Shown: positions 1 to 9,287 of the stretch, in pieces
How positions within the stretch are numbered: position 1 is the stretch's first letter
Layout: every line of letters starts with the position of its first letter
Assembly: GCA_963707215.1 (NCBI GenBank)
Contig: CAVPPB010000003.1
Span: forward strand, 224,001 to 288,000
DNA: 64,000 bases
DNA from: an uncultured Chloroflexia bacterium
GTDB taxonomy: Bacteria > Chloroflexota > Limnocylindria > Limnocylindrales > CSP1-4
Reading direction: 5' to 3'
Translations under genes and position numbers: made by a program
Notes under the pieces: model-generated
Database searches by the model: none
The model's input: the letters and a program-made list of their open reading frames with translations, nothing else
What the model was told of the DNA's origin: nothing

Positions 1-1101
1 GTCGCCAGCACGGTGGCCGGGGGCAGGTCCAGTGCCTGGGCCAACTCGTCGACGGTAGCGTCGCAGCCCGCCAGCCGAGCCGCCACCGCCATCGCGGTCG
101 GCCCGAGCTCGACCACCTCCGGGGGGCGGGCACTCGCCTGCGAAAGGTCGAGATCGAGGTCGGCCAGGAGCGAGCCGACATCGGCCACGATCCTGGCCAG
201 CCCGTGGTGCTCACGAAGGAAGTGGAGGTTCCCCGCGGACGCCGCCCCGTCGAGCGGCCCGGGCACGAGGAAGCAGTCGCGGCCCTGTTCGAGGGCCCAG
301 CCGGCCGTGATGAGCGCGCCGCTGCCGACGCCGGCCTCGACGACGACCGTCGCGTCGGCGAGGCCGCTGATCAGCCGGTTGCGTCGGGGAAAGGACCAGG
401 TCGCCGGCTCGCGCCACGGCGCGAACTCGGAGACGACGGCACCTCCGCGCTCGACGATCGAGACGGCGAGCCGTCGGTGCAACCGGGGCGTGAGCTCGGC
501 GTGGCCGCTGCCGAGCACCGCCACGGTACGGCCCGCCTCGTCGAGACAGGCCCGGTGCGCCACGCCATCGATCCCCAGGGCGAGGCCGGACACGATCGTG
601 GCACCCGCGCGCGCCAGCGCCCCTGCGATGTGGGCCGCCGTCCGCCGCCCTCCCTCGGTAGCGCGGCGCGTGCCCACGATGGCGACGACGGACCCGGCAT
701 CGAAGGCATCGTGCGCGCCCTGGACGAACAGGACCGGCGGCGGTAGCTCGATCCGTCGCAGCCGCGCCGGATAGGCGACGTCGTCGAGCGTCACGATCGC
801 GAGCCGGAGATCGGCGATGGCCGCGGCCATCCGGTCCGCCTCGTCGGCAGCCTCGATGACCCGTCGGGCGAGGCCCGGCTCGGAGCCAAGAGGATCCTCG
901 CTCGCTCTGGAGCTCACCGCGGTCGGTTCCTGAGACGCCCGTCACGCGCTTCCTTGCCGAGCGCTCGGGCCTCGAGCGGCGGGCCCGCGCCGCGTCGACG
1001 ACGGCTGTCGGCCAGCCGTGATGAGCGAGCAGATCGGCCAGCCGTCGGGGTCCGATCCCGTCGGCGACCGCGAGCGCCGCCAGCAGGATCCGCTCGGGCA
1101 T
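1..1101 (-). CDS. dprA: DNA-processing protein DprA/Smf; 3' end runs off the window, frame broken near 920-980
   Basis: Manual translation. N-terminus MPERILLAALAVADGIGPRRL from ATG 1101; another frame gives YPARLRRIELPPPVLFVQG, VAIVGTR, IVSGLALGIDGVAH, FPRRNRLISGL, VVVEAGVGSGALITA. Lies directly downstream of comM. Confidence 0.88.
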
Positions 1102-1175
1102 GATCCCCTCGCCGGCCGTTCCTTCTGCTCCGGGCGGGCCTCCGAGGGGTCCAGCGGGCCCGACGCCGACCATCG

Positions 1176-2717
1176 TCAGCTCACCAGGTCCAGGGCGGGG
1201 CGGATCGTCCGGAAGGCGGCCGCCTCCTCCAGGTGCTCCGTGGCGACACGGTCCGCCGCCGCGAGGTCGGCGATGGTCCGGGCGACCCGGAGCAAGCGCT
1301 CGGTACCGCGAGCCGTGTAGCCCTCGAGCTCTGCGAGCCTGACGGCGAGGGTCGCCCCGGCCGGCGGGAGCTCGCACGCCTCCCGGAGCGCCCGGCCACT
1401 GAGTCGAGCGTTCAGCCGACCCTGTCGCGCGACCTGGACCGCCCGGGCCTGGCGGATCCTCGGCGCCACGGACCCGGAGTCCTCGGGAAGCGTCGGATCC
1501 ACGAGCCGAGCGGGTGACACCCGCGGCAGGTCGACCCGCAGGTCGATGCGGTCCCTCAGCGGACCGGACACCCTGCCCGCGTACCGCCGGATGACCGGCT
1601 CCGGACACCGGCAGACACCCTCCGGACCGCCGTTGCCGCCACATGGGCACGGGTTCATCGCGGCGACCAGCTGGAAGGCCGCCGGCAGGACCGCGGCTCG
1701 GCCGGCGCGGACGATGGCGACGCGCCCGTCCTCGAGGGGCTCTCGGAGGGCCTCGAGGACGCCGCGCCCGAACTCGGGCAGCTCATCGAGGAAGAGGACC
1801 CCGCCGTGCGCAAGGGTCACCTCCCCCGGCGCAAGACGCGGGCCGCCGCCGACCATGCCCGCGTACGAGATGGAGTGATGCGGCGCCCGGAACGGTCGCT
1901 CCCGGACCAGCACTCGCGGACGCAAGCCGGCGACCGACGCGACGACCGTCGCGGTGAGCGCCTCTGTGTCGTCGAGGGGCGGCAGGAGGCTCGGGATCGT
2001 CCGGGCGAGGAGGGTCTTGCCGCAGCCTGGTGGTCCGGTCATCAGCAGCCCATGGCCGCCCGCCAGCGCCACCTCCAGGGCCCGGCGGCCGGCCAGCTGA
2101 CCACGGACCTCCGCGAGATCCACCACGTCCATGGTCGAGATGGAGGCGGTCGGTCCCGACGCCGTCACCGTAGGTACGATGTCCGCTCGAGGCCCCGCCG
2201 ACCGACGCGACGAGCGCCCGCGGATCAGGCGCGCCGCGTCGCCGATGGTCGCGGCAGGCAGGATCTCCACCCCAGGGGCGAGCGATGCCTCGTCGGCGCA
2301 GCCTTCGGGCACGATGACGCGACCAGCACCTCGCCGGGCAAGCTCGAGCACCATGGGCAGGATCCCCGGCACCTCGCGCACCTCACCCCCGAGGGCGAGC
2401 TCGCCGAGGCAGGCGCAGCGGTGGCGGGCGACGAGCTGCTCGGAGCCGACCAGGATCCCGACCGCGATCGCAAGGTCGACGGCCGAGCCACCCTTGGGGA
2501 GGTCAGCCGGCGCCAGGTTGACCGTGATCCGGCGTGGCGGGTACTCGAAGCCGGCGTTGCGGATGGCTCCCCGGACCCGTTCCTTCGCCTCCTGGAGGGC
2601 TGCATCAGGGAGACCGACCAGGCTGAACCCGGGCAGGCCCCGGGCGACATCGACCTCCACCCGAACCGCTCGACCCTGGAGGCCGTCGAGCGTGGCCGAG
2701 AGCAGGGACGCAAGCAT
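1176..2717 (-). CDS. comM: ComM/YifB Mg-chelatase-like AAA+ ATPase
   Basis: VGLPDAALQEAKERVR, ITVNLAPADLPK, GPPGCGKT, PFRAPHHS, GVLFLDELPEF, AAMNPCPCG, ARTIADL. Confidence 0.93.
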   Translation of the reverse strand: MLASLLSATLDGLQGRAVRVEVDVARGLPGFSLVGLPDAALQEAKERVRGAIRNAGFEYPPRRITVNLAPADLPKGGSAVDLAIAVGILVGSEQLVARHRCACLGELALGGEVREVPGILPMVLELARRGAGRVIVPEGCADEASLAPGVEILPAATIGDAARLIRGRSSRRSAGPRADIVPTVTASGPTASISTMDVVDLAEVRGQLAGRRALEVALAGGHGLLMTGPPGCGKTLLARTIPSLLPPLDDTEALTATVVASVAGLRPRVLVRERPFRAPHHSISYAGMVGGGPRLAPGEVTLAHGGVLFLDELPEFGRGVLEALREPLEDGRVAIVRAGRAAVLPAAFQLVAAMNPCPCGGNGGPEGVCRCPEPVIRRYAGRVSGPLRDRIDLRVDLPRVSPARLVDPTLPEDSGSVAPRIRQARAVQVARQGRLNARLSGRALREACELPPAGATLAVRLAELEGYTARGTERLLRVARTIADLAAADRVATEHLEEAAAFRTIRPALDLVS

Positions 2718-2816
2718 GGCCGGCAGCCTACGCGCGGCCGGTCAACGCTGCCTTAGGTCCGCCTTCACCGCCGATCGCGCCGCGCCGGTGGCTCGATCGC
2801 CCCGGCCGGCCGGACG

Positions 2817-3986
2817 TCAGCCTCGGGCGCCGGCTGTCGCAGCCGCAGCCTGGGCCGGCTGCTTGTCGAGACCGCGGGCGAACTCGAGGATCGATCGCCC
2901 GATGATGGAGTCGGGCTTGGCGACCATGAAGGGAGAGCCCGAGTTGAGGGCGCTGATGGCCCCCCGGTACTCGTTCACCACCTGGAAGTCGATCGGTCGC
3001 CGGAGGGCGCTCTCGGCGTTCTTCACGTTGATCCCGGTGAAGGCGTTCGAGCGGTTGAGGACGAGCTGTACCCTGGACCCCTCCCAGCCGAGATGGCCGA
3101 CCGTCTCGAGGACCAGGCGGACGTTCTTGAGGCACGAGAGATCGGCGGTCATGACGACCTCGACCCGGTCGGCCTCCTCGAGGATGTGGAGGTTGAGGTC
3201 GTCGAGGCGCTGGTCGATGTCGACGATGACGTAGTCGTACAGGCCGCGGAGCAGCTCGAGAGCGTTGGCCATCCGCTCGGGCGTGACGAGCTCGGCGGTC
3301 TCCGGGGACGGCGGAGCAAGGAGAAGGTCGATCCCCGACTCGTGCCGGACGACGACGTTGCGCAGGAGGTCCTGATCCATCGTCGGGGCCGAAACGGCGT
3401 CGACGATCGACTTCTTGTCGAGCCCCAGGTCGAGGAACACGCGATGGTCGCCGAACTGGAGGCAGCCGTCGACCAGGACCACCCGGCGGCCGAGCTCGCG
3501 GTGGAGGCCGATGGCCGTGTTGATCGCGAGGGTCGTGGTCCCCACCCCGCCCTTGGCCCCGTAGAAGGCCAGGACGCGACCCATCGGCGGCGCGCCGACC
3601 AGGGACTCCTGGGGGGCGAAGCGGGCCAGCAGGCTCTTGATCCGAGCGATCAGCTCGGCCGGATGGAAGGGCTTGACCAGGTAGTCGTCGGCGCCGGCCC
3701 GGAGGCCTCGGACCTTCTGCTCGACGTCACGCTCGGCGGTGAGCATGATGATCGGAACGTGGGCCCCCGGGCCTTCCTGGGTCCGGAGTTTCGTAGCGAC
3801 CTGGTAGCCGTCGAGCTTCGGCAGCGTGACGTCGAGGAGGATGCAAGCCGGCTGTTCGGTCTCCCAGAGGCGCAGCGCCTCAGCCCCATCGGCCGCGATG
3901 ACGACTTCGTAGCCCTCCTGCTCCAGCGTGTAGCGGAGCATGCGCTGGACGTTCTGGTCGTCGTCGGCGACGAGGATCCTGGCCAT
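2817..3986 (-). CDS. Response-regulator receiver fused to CpaE/TadZ/MinD-like ATPase (paralog 1)
   Basis: Receiver motifs ADDD, LLDVTLP, LTA, KPF; C-terminal domain YGAKGGVGTTT, VLVDGCLQFGD, LLLAPPSPE, LVLNR. Confidence 0.85.
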   Translation of the reverse strand: MARILVADDDQNVQRMLRYTLEQEGYEVVIAADGAEALRLWETEQPACILLDVTLPKLDGYQVATKLRTQEGPGAHVPIIMLTAERDVEQKVRGLRAGADDYLVKPFHPAELIARIKSLLARFAPQESLVGAPPMGRVLAFYGAKGGVGTTTLAINTAIGLHRELGRRVVLVDGCLQFGDHRVFLDLGLDKKSIVDAVSAPTMDQDLLRNVVVRHESGIDLLLAPPSPETAELVTPERMANALELLRGLYDYVIVDIDQRLDDLNLHILEEADRVEVVMTADLSCLKNVRLVLETVGHLGWEGSRVQLVLNRSNAFTGINVKNAESALRRPIDFQVVNEYRGAISALNSGSPFMVAKPDSIIGRSILEFARGLDKQPAQAAAATAGARG

Positions 3987-4054
3987 GGTGCCCCCGGCTG
4001 CGGATGGAAGTCCGGACTCGCCACCCGTACACCCCGGTGCGGAGCGGCAACGGG

Positions 4055-4060
4055 ATTATA
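4055..4060 (-). promoter_or_regulatory. Consensus -10 box (TATAAT) upstream of the REC-CpaE gene
   Basis: Perfect TATAAT on the minus strand about 70 nt upstream of ATG 3986, in very GC-rich DNA. Confidence 0.55.
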
Positions 4061-5159
4061 GGCCGACACCCCTCCCGGTCCGGTCATCCCCCGGTGGTCC
4101 CGCCGGACGGGGGGACCCCGGGGGGCCCCGGGATCTCGGGCGGGCCCGCCCGGCTCTCGTCCGGCCTCGAACGCGGTCCGCAGGAATGCCTCGACCATCC
4201 GCTCGTACGACACCGGGTCGGCCGCATGGGCGCGGCTGTGGTCGGCACCCGGAACGACCCGGTGTTCGGACCCCTGGGCCGCCGACCGCTGCCAGCCGTC
4301 GTCCCGCCACCAGCGGGATCGTCCGGTCGGCATCGCCGTGGATGAGGAGCACCGGCAGGTCCTCGAGCAGGGGCAGCGCGCGGATCGGCTCGAGCAAGCG
4401 GGGGTCCTCGCCGACCTCCCGGGCGACGGCGTCGAGGATCCGATCGGCGAGGGGCCCACCGGCCGGACCCGGCAACCGGCTGGCGACGACCACTCGCAGT
4501 TCCGGAGCGACGGCCTCGGCGACGACCCCGACGATCCGCGGCCGCGGGGCCTCCTCGACGGTGGCCGGAGCGTCAGGCAGCGCGTCGGCCGCCACCAGGC
4601 CGCCGTCGCCCAGCACGGCCGTCGCGGCGATGGCCGCGATGCCGCCCATCGAGGTCCCGAACAGGGCCACACGCCGGATCCCACGCTCTCCGAGCCAGGC
4701 GATCGCTCCGGCGACATCCTCGGTCTCGCGGAGCCCGAAGGTCGTCGGGGCCCCGTCGGATCCCCCGTGACCGCCGAAGTCGAGCCCCAGGACCCCCGCG
4801 GTGCGCCGGAGGAACGGCCCGAACTCCACGAGATCCGGGGCGACCGAGCCGCTGTAGCCGTGCAACAGCAGGATCGCCTCGCGAGGATCCGCCGTCCATG
4901 CAACCGCGCCGTCCCCGACCGTGGCCGCAGTCGTGTCGACGGAGAGCCATCGGGCGGTCAGTCGGACGCCATCGCGCGAGCGCAGCCTGACGACCTCACC
5001 GCCGAGCGCGTCGAGCGCCGGCCCCAGGGCGCCCTCGTCCGGCAGCGTCCTCGGGGCGCGCAGGACGCGCCGGGCCCCGCGGTGGGCGACCCGACCGACG
5101 GCCAGGGAGGCGACCGCGAGCGCCGCGACCCCGCCGGCGGCGAGCGCTCGCCGGATCAC
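4056..5159 (-). CDS. Alpha/beta hydrolase with N-terminal membrane anchor; frameshift near 4270, true 3' end uncertain
   Basis: GTG 5159; LLLHGY, GHGGSDG, nucleophile motif GTSMGG, LIHGDAD; the catalytic-His segment VPGADH is in the adjacent frame. Confidence 0.75.
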   Translation of the reverse strand: MIRRALAAGGVAALAVASLAVGRVAHRGARRVLRAPRTLPDEGALGPALDALGGEVVRLRSRDGVRLTARWLSVDTTAATVGDGAVAWTADPREAILLLHGYSGSVAPDLVEFGPFLRRTAGVLGLDFGGHGGSDGAPTTFGLRETEDVAGAIAWLGERGIRRVALFGTSMGGIAAIAATAVLGDGGLVAADALPDAPATVEEAPRPRIVGVVAEAVAPELRVVVASRLPGPAGGPLADRILDAVAREVGEDPRLLEPIRALPLLEDLPVLLIHGDADRTIPLVAGRRLAAVGGPGVRTPGRSGCRPQPRPCGRPGVVRADGRGIPADRVRGRTRAGRARPRSRGPPGSPRPAGPPGDDRTGRGVGL

Positions 5160-5172
5160 CGACGGCGCCCGG

Positions 5173-6128
5173 TCAGCCCTGGTTCTCCGGGGCGTCGGCA
5201 GCGCGCTGCGCCCGTAGTCGACCTCGGGGCCCGAGGCGCCAGCCGGGCCGGTGTTCATGCCGCCCTCGGCGTAACGGGCCAGTGGCTCGAGGAGGCGGGT
5301 GAATTCGACCGGGATGACGTACGTGGTCGATGGGCTGGTGCCGATGGTCTTGAGCGCCTCCATGTACTGGAGGGCCATGGTCTTCTGGTCGACGCCCTTG
5401 GCCGCGCTGAAGATCCGCTCCAGGGCCTCGCTGAAGCCCTCGGCCCGGAGGATGGCCGCCTGGCGATCGCCCTCGGCCTTCAGGATCTCCGACTGCTTCT
5501 GGCCCTCGGCGACGTTGATCGCCGACTGGCGCTGGCCCTCGGACTCGGTGATGACGGCCCGCCGGGTCCGCTCGGCGGAGAGCTGGCGGTTCATGGCGTC
5601 CTGGACGTCCCGCGGCGGGGTGATCTCGCGGATCTCGACCGTCGTGATCTTGCCGCCCCAGCGCTCGGTCACCTCGTCGAGCTTGGTCCGAAGGATCTCG
5701 TTGATCTGCTCGCGGCGCGAGAGGACTTCGTCGAGGAGGATGTCGCCGACGACGGCCCGCAGGGTCGTCGTCGCCACGCCCACCAGGGCCCCGGCGAAGT
5801 TGGCGACGTTCACCTGGCTCCTGAGCGGGTCGACGATCTTCCAGTAGATGAGGAAGTCGATGCTGATCGGCGCGTTGTCGCGGGTGATGTTCGTCTGGCT
5901 GGGGACCTCGATGAACTGCTCCCGCAGGTCGACCTTGACCGGTCGATCGACGATCGGGATCAGGAACCGGATGCCCGGGTCACGGACGTAGCGCTCGTTG
6001 GTCCGACCCAGCCGGAAGACGACCATCTTCTCGTACTGCTGCACGATCCGGACCGACAGGTAGAGGATGAACAGGACGATGGCGAGGAAGACGGCCCCGC
6101 CGACCAGGATGGCGATCAGGCTCTCCAC
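5173..6128 (-). CDS. SPFH/stomatin (band 7) membrane protein; apparent read-through into the hydrolase is probably a 1-nt indel
   Basis: N-terminal TM helix, VVFRLGR, TTTLRAVVG, AERTRRAVITESEG; an alternate-frame stop (PENQG*) at 5173 lies just before the hydrolase start. Confidence 0.85.
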
Positions 6129-6137
6129 GGATGCCTC

Positions 6138-7508
6138 CTATGCGTTGGCTGTCGATGGGTCGGGCTCGACGATCGCCGTCAGCCCGTCGAATCTCACGAC
6201 GCGGACCGGGGTCCCGCGTTCCAGGCGCCGCTCGTCCTCGGTCCGCGCCGTCCACTCCTCGCCGGCCAGGTAGACGCTGCCGATCGGGGCCAGCGGGCTA
6301 CGGACCTCGCCGACGCTGCCCGCCGTCGGCGACGTCCCGACGGTCCCGGGAGACGGCCGCATCCGGCGGCTGCGGTAGGCCGCCACGGCGACCAGGAGCA
6401 TCAGGGCCCCGACGGTGACCAACACAGCGACGATGACCGGGAAGGCGACCGTCACGTCCGGGGCGGTGGGTGTCCCTGGGTCGGTATAGAGCGCCGAAGC
6501 GCCCAGCGCGAGGCAGACGAGCCCGCCCACCGACAGCAACCCGTAGCTTGCCACCAGCGGTTCCAGCGCGAGCAGCAGGATGCCGAGTCCGAGGAGCAGG
6601 AGCCCGGCGACGTTGAGGGGCAGGCTGCCGAATCCGATGAAGGCCAGGATGATCGCAAGGGCGCCAAGGATGCCGGTCACGAAATTCGGGCTCTGGAGCT
6701 CGAACAGCAGCCCGTAGAAGCCGATCGTGAAGAGGATGAAGGCGATGTTCGGGTCGGACAGGAGGTGGAGCAGCGACTGGAACGGGTTCATCGCCAGGTC
6801 GTAGAAGGGATCGTCGGCGATGGCGAGGGTGATCGACTCCCCGCCTACCTCGACGACCTCTCCGTCGGCTGCGGCCCGGACCGCCTCGAGGTCGGCGGCG
6901 ATCGCATCGACGATGCCGAGCTCGACGGCCTGGTTGGCCGGGTACGAGGCCGCTTCCTTGACGGTCGCCACGGCCGCCTCGACGTCGCGCCCCCGGGCCT
7001 CGGCGATGGCGGTGATGCTGGCGATGGCGTCGTTCATGACCTTGTCGCCCAGCGTGCCCTCGATGTCCTCTCCTCCGGAGCCGACCGGCGAAGCGGCGCC
7101 GATGTTCGTCCCGGGAGCCATGTAGGCGAGATTCGCGGAGAGCGTGATGAACGTCCCGGCGCTGGCCGCCTTGGCGCCGGGCGGGCCGACCCAGACGATG
7201 ACCGGCAGCGGCGGGTCGAGGAGCGAGCCGACGATCTCCTGGGTCGAAGCGAGGCTCCCGCCCGGGGTGTCGAGCTGGATGATCGCCGCCGACGCGCCGT
7301 CGGAGGCCGCCCGCTGGAGCCCCGACTCGATGTAGCCGGCCATGACGTTGTCGACGATGCCTGAGGTCGGCAGCACGTAGATCGTGCCGGGGCCGCCCTC
7401 GGAGGTGCCGTCCTGAGCGGCGACCGACAGGGGCTCACCACCTACCAGGAGAGCGGCACCGGCGACGAGCGCCAGGACGAGGAGCGAACGGCGGATGGCT
7501 CGCGACAT
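6138..7508 (-). CDS. nfeD: NfeD long-form membrane-bound ClpP-class serine protease
   Basis: LDTPGGS, AASAGTFI, MAPGTNIGAASPV, TM region, C-terminal OB-fold GEEWTAR; classic nfeD-SPFH pair; GGAGG RBS before ATG 7508. Confidence 0.9.
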   Translation of the reverse strand: MSRAIRRSLLVLALVAGAALLVGGEPLSVAAQDGTSEGGPGTIYVLPTSGIVDNVMAGYIESGLQRAASDGASAAIIQLDTPGGSLASTQEIVGSLLDPPLPVIVWVGPPGAKAASAGTFITLSANLAYMAPGTNIGAASPVGSGGEDIEGTLGDKVMNDAIASITAIAEARGRDVEAAVATVKEAASYPANQAVELGIVDAIAADLEAVRAAADGEVVEVGGESITLAIADDPFYDLAMNPFQSLLHLLSDPNIAFILFTIGFYGLLFELQSPNFVTGILGALAIILAFIGFGSLPLNVAGLLLLGLGILLLALEPLVASYGLLSVGGLVCLALGASALYTDPGTPTAPDVTVAFPVIVAVLVTVGALMLLVAVAAYRSRRMRPSPGTVGTSPTAGSVGEVRSPLAPIGSVYLAGEEWTARTEDERRLERGTPVRVVRFDGLTAIVEPDPSTANA

Positions 7509-7528
7509 GGACCGGACCTCCGGCCAGA

Positions 7529-8116
7529 TCATCCCATACCCGGACCGAGGATCGCCCCTGCCAAGAGTCGACTCCACGACTCCAGGTCATCCCGGACGGC
7601 GCGGACGGTCGCCGGCTCGACGAACTCGCCCCTGAGCTTGTTGGTCTCGCGGACGGCGACCGGACGCCCCTCCGCCCGCGCCTCGAAGACCACCCCGAGG
7701 TGGACCGATCCGACGTCCGTGGTGTCGTCGTTGAGCAGACCCAGGAAACGGAACGGCGGCTCGAAGTCAGCGACGATCTCCTCGCGCCACTCGCGCCGCA
7801 GCCCGCCCAACACGTCGTCGTCGCCCGGATTGATGTGGCCACCGATGCCGATCGACCAGTGGTCGTGCAGCCGGGCGTCGGCTCCGGCCCGGGTCCGCCG
7901 CATCAGGAAGACCCGTTCGGCGTCCCGCAGGACGAGATACGGGATGATCTGCTTGAAGGCCGGATCGCCCTCCATCGCAGCCCGGGGCTCGAAGCGGGCG
8001 TCCGCCGCGATCGTCGCCAGCATCGCGTCCACGCCCTCGGTCCGCAGGCCATACCAGCCCGGATCGTCCATGACCGCGCGACGGGGTACCACCAGGACCA
8101 GCTCCGCGCCGCTCAC
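7529..8116 (-). CDS. NUDIX-family predicted phosphoesterase (COG4112/YmaB-like)
   Basis: FKQIIPYLV, RLHDHWSIGIGGHIN, GLRREWREE, LLNDD, VHLGVV; GTG start overlaps the tyrA stop (GTGA). Confidence 0.8.
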   Translation of the reverse strand: MSGAELVLVVPRRAVMDDPGWYGLRTEGVDAMLATIAADARFEPRAAMEGDPAFKQIIPYLVLRDAERVFLMRRTRAGADARLHDHWSIGIGGHINPGDDDVLGGLRREWREEIVADFEPPFRFLGLLNDDTTDVGSVHLGVVFEARAEGRPVAVRETNKLRGEFVEPATVRAVRDDLESWSRLLAGAILGPGMG

Positions 8117-9013
8117 GGGCCCTCGGGGGTCGCCAACCGCTCGCGGGCGGCTCGCAGGCGTTTGCGGAGACGCTCGGGGTCCGGCCCGCCGGGCGCCTCG
8201 AGGTCCGTCAGCCATCCATCGATGACCGCCCGGAGCGCGCGGAGCCGCGCCGCCGTCTCCGTGGCGTTGGTGGCCAGGATGCCGGCGCCCATCTCGACGT
8301 CGCCGAGGGCAAGCCGGGTCATGCTCGACCAGCCCCCGGCAGCGAGGTCCCGGGCCTCGGGCCAGCTCTCGCGGTCCGGGTCGTCGGGCCCGCCGACGAC
8401 GGCCTCCACCAGCGCGACCGCGACTGCGAGCGGCAGGTGGCTGACGGCGGCGACAGAACGGTCGTGGTCGGCCGGCGCCATCCGCACGGGTCGGGCACCG
8501 ACCGATGTCGCGAGCCACTCGGCCCGTTCGATGTCGAGCGGCCCGGCGCTCGCCCCGGGCACGACGACCCACGGCCGGCCGGCGAAGAGCTCACCGTCGG
8601 CAGCGCCGTAGCCGGCGACCTCGCGGCCCGCCATCGGATGGCCGCCCACGTACCGGAGCCCCAGCCGATCGGCCCGCTCGGCCAGGCGGGCCTTGGTGGA
8701 GGCGACGTCGGTGATCGTGGCATCCCGCGCCGACGCTCGCGTCGCTCGATCGAGCGTGGGCGAGCGCGTCCATGAGATCGAGGCAGGCGAGCGGCGGGGC
8801 AGCGAGCACGATGAGCTCGGCCTTCGACCAGGCGTCGGCGGGGTCGTCGAGGATCCCCGAGAGCACACCTTCGCCGAGGGCAGCGGACGGGCCACGACCG
8901 CCCGGGCTCCAGGCCGCCACCTCCGGGCGCCGCTCGAGCGGCAGGCCGGCCAGGGCCCGAGCGAGGGAGCCCCCGATCAGGCCGAAGCCGAGGATGGCGA
9001 CCCGTGGTCTCAC
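8113..9013 (-). CDS. tyrA: Prephenate dehydrogenase, frameshifted near 8725-8760
   Basis: N-terminal GFGLIGGSLA in ORF 8591-9013; ITDVASTK, GGHPMAG, HDRSVAAVSHLP, MTRLA in ORF 8113-8895. Confidence 0.85.
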
Positions 9014-9023
9014 TCGCCCAGGC

Positions 9024-9284
9024 TCAGCTCGACCGTCCGCCGTCGGGGCCGCGACGGCGCTGGCCCCTTCGGCGATCGGCTACCCGCCGCTCGATACCGT
9101 TCGGCGGGCCCGGCTGATCCGGCGGGTTCCTGCGGCGGTCCCCCTGGCGACGGTCCGTCTCGCGCCGCTCCCGACTGAGGTTCGCACCGCAGCGTGGGCA
9201 CCGGCGCTCCTCCGCGAACAGCGCCTCGATGGGCGCGGTCGTGTAGATCTGCCGACCGCACGACCAGCAGGCGAGGCGCGGCAT
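9024..9284 (-). CDS. Small Zn-ribbon protein with arginine-rich [ED]RR repeats, function unknown
   Basis: CWSC...CPRC; starts 3 nt after the trpB2 stop and ends 10 nt before tyrA. Confidence 0.7.
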   Translation of the reverse strand: MPRLACWSCGRQIYTTAPIEALFAEERRCPRCGANLSRERRETDRRQGDRRRNPPDQPGPPNGIERRVADRRRGQRRRGPDGGRSS

Positions 9285-9287
9285 CGC

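Noticed and set aside
4056-6128. 690-aa SPFH-alpha/beta-hydrolase fusion as a novel architecture
   Set aside because: A one-base shift gives a natural SPFH stop at 5173, 13 nt before a GTG and signal-anchor of the hydrolase, and neighbouring genes carry similar indels. Likely artefact, though reads should be checked.
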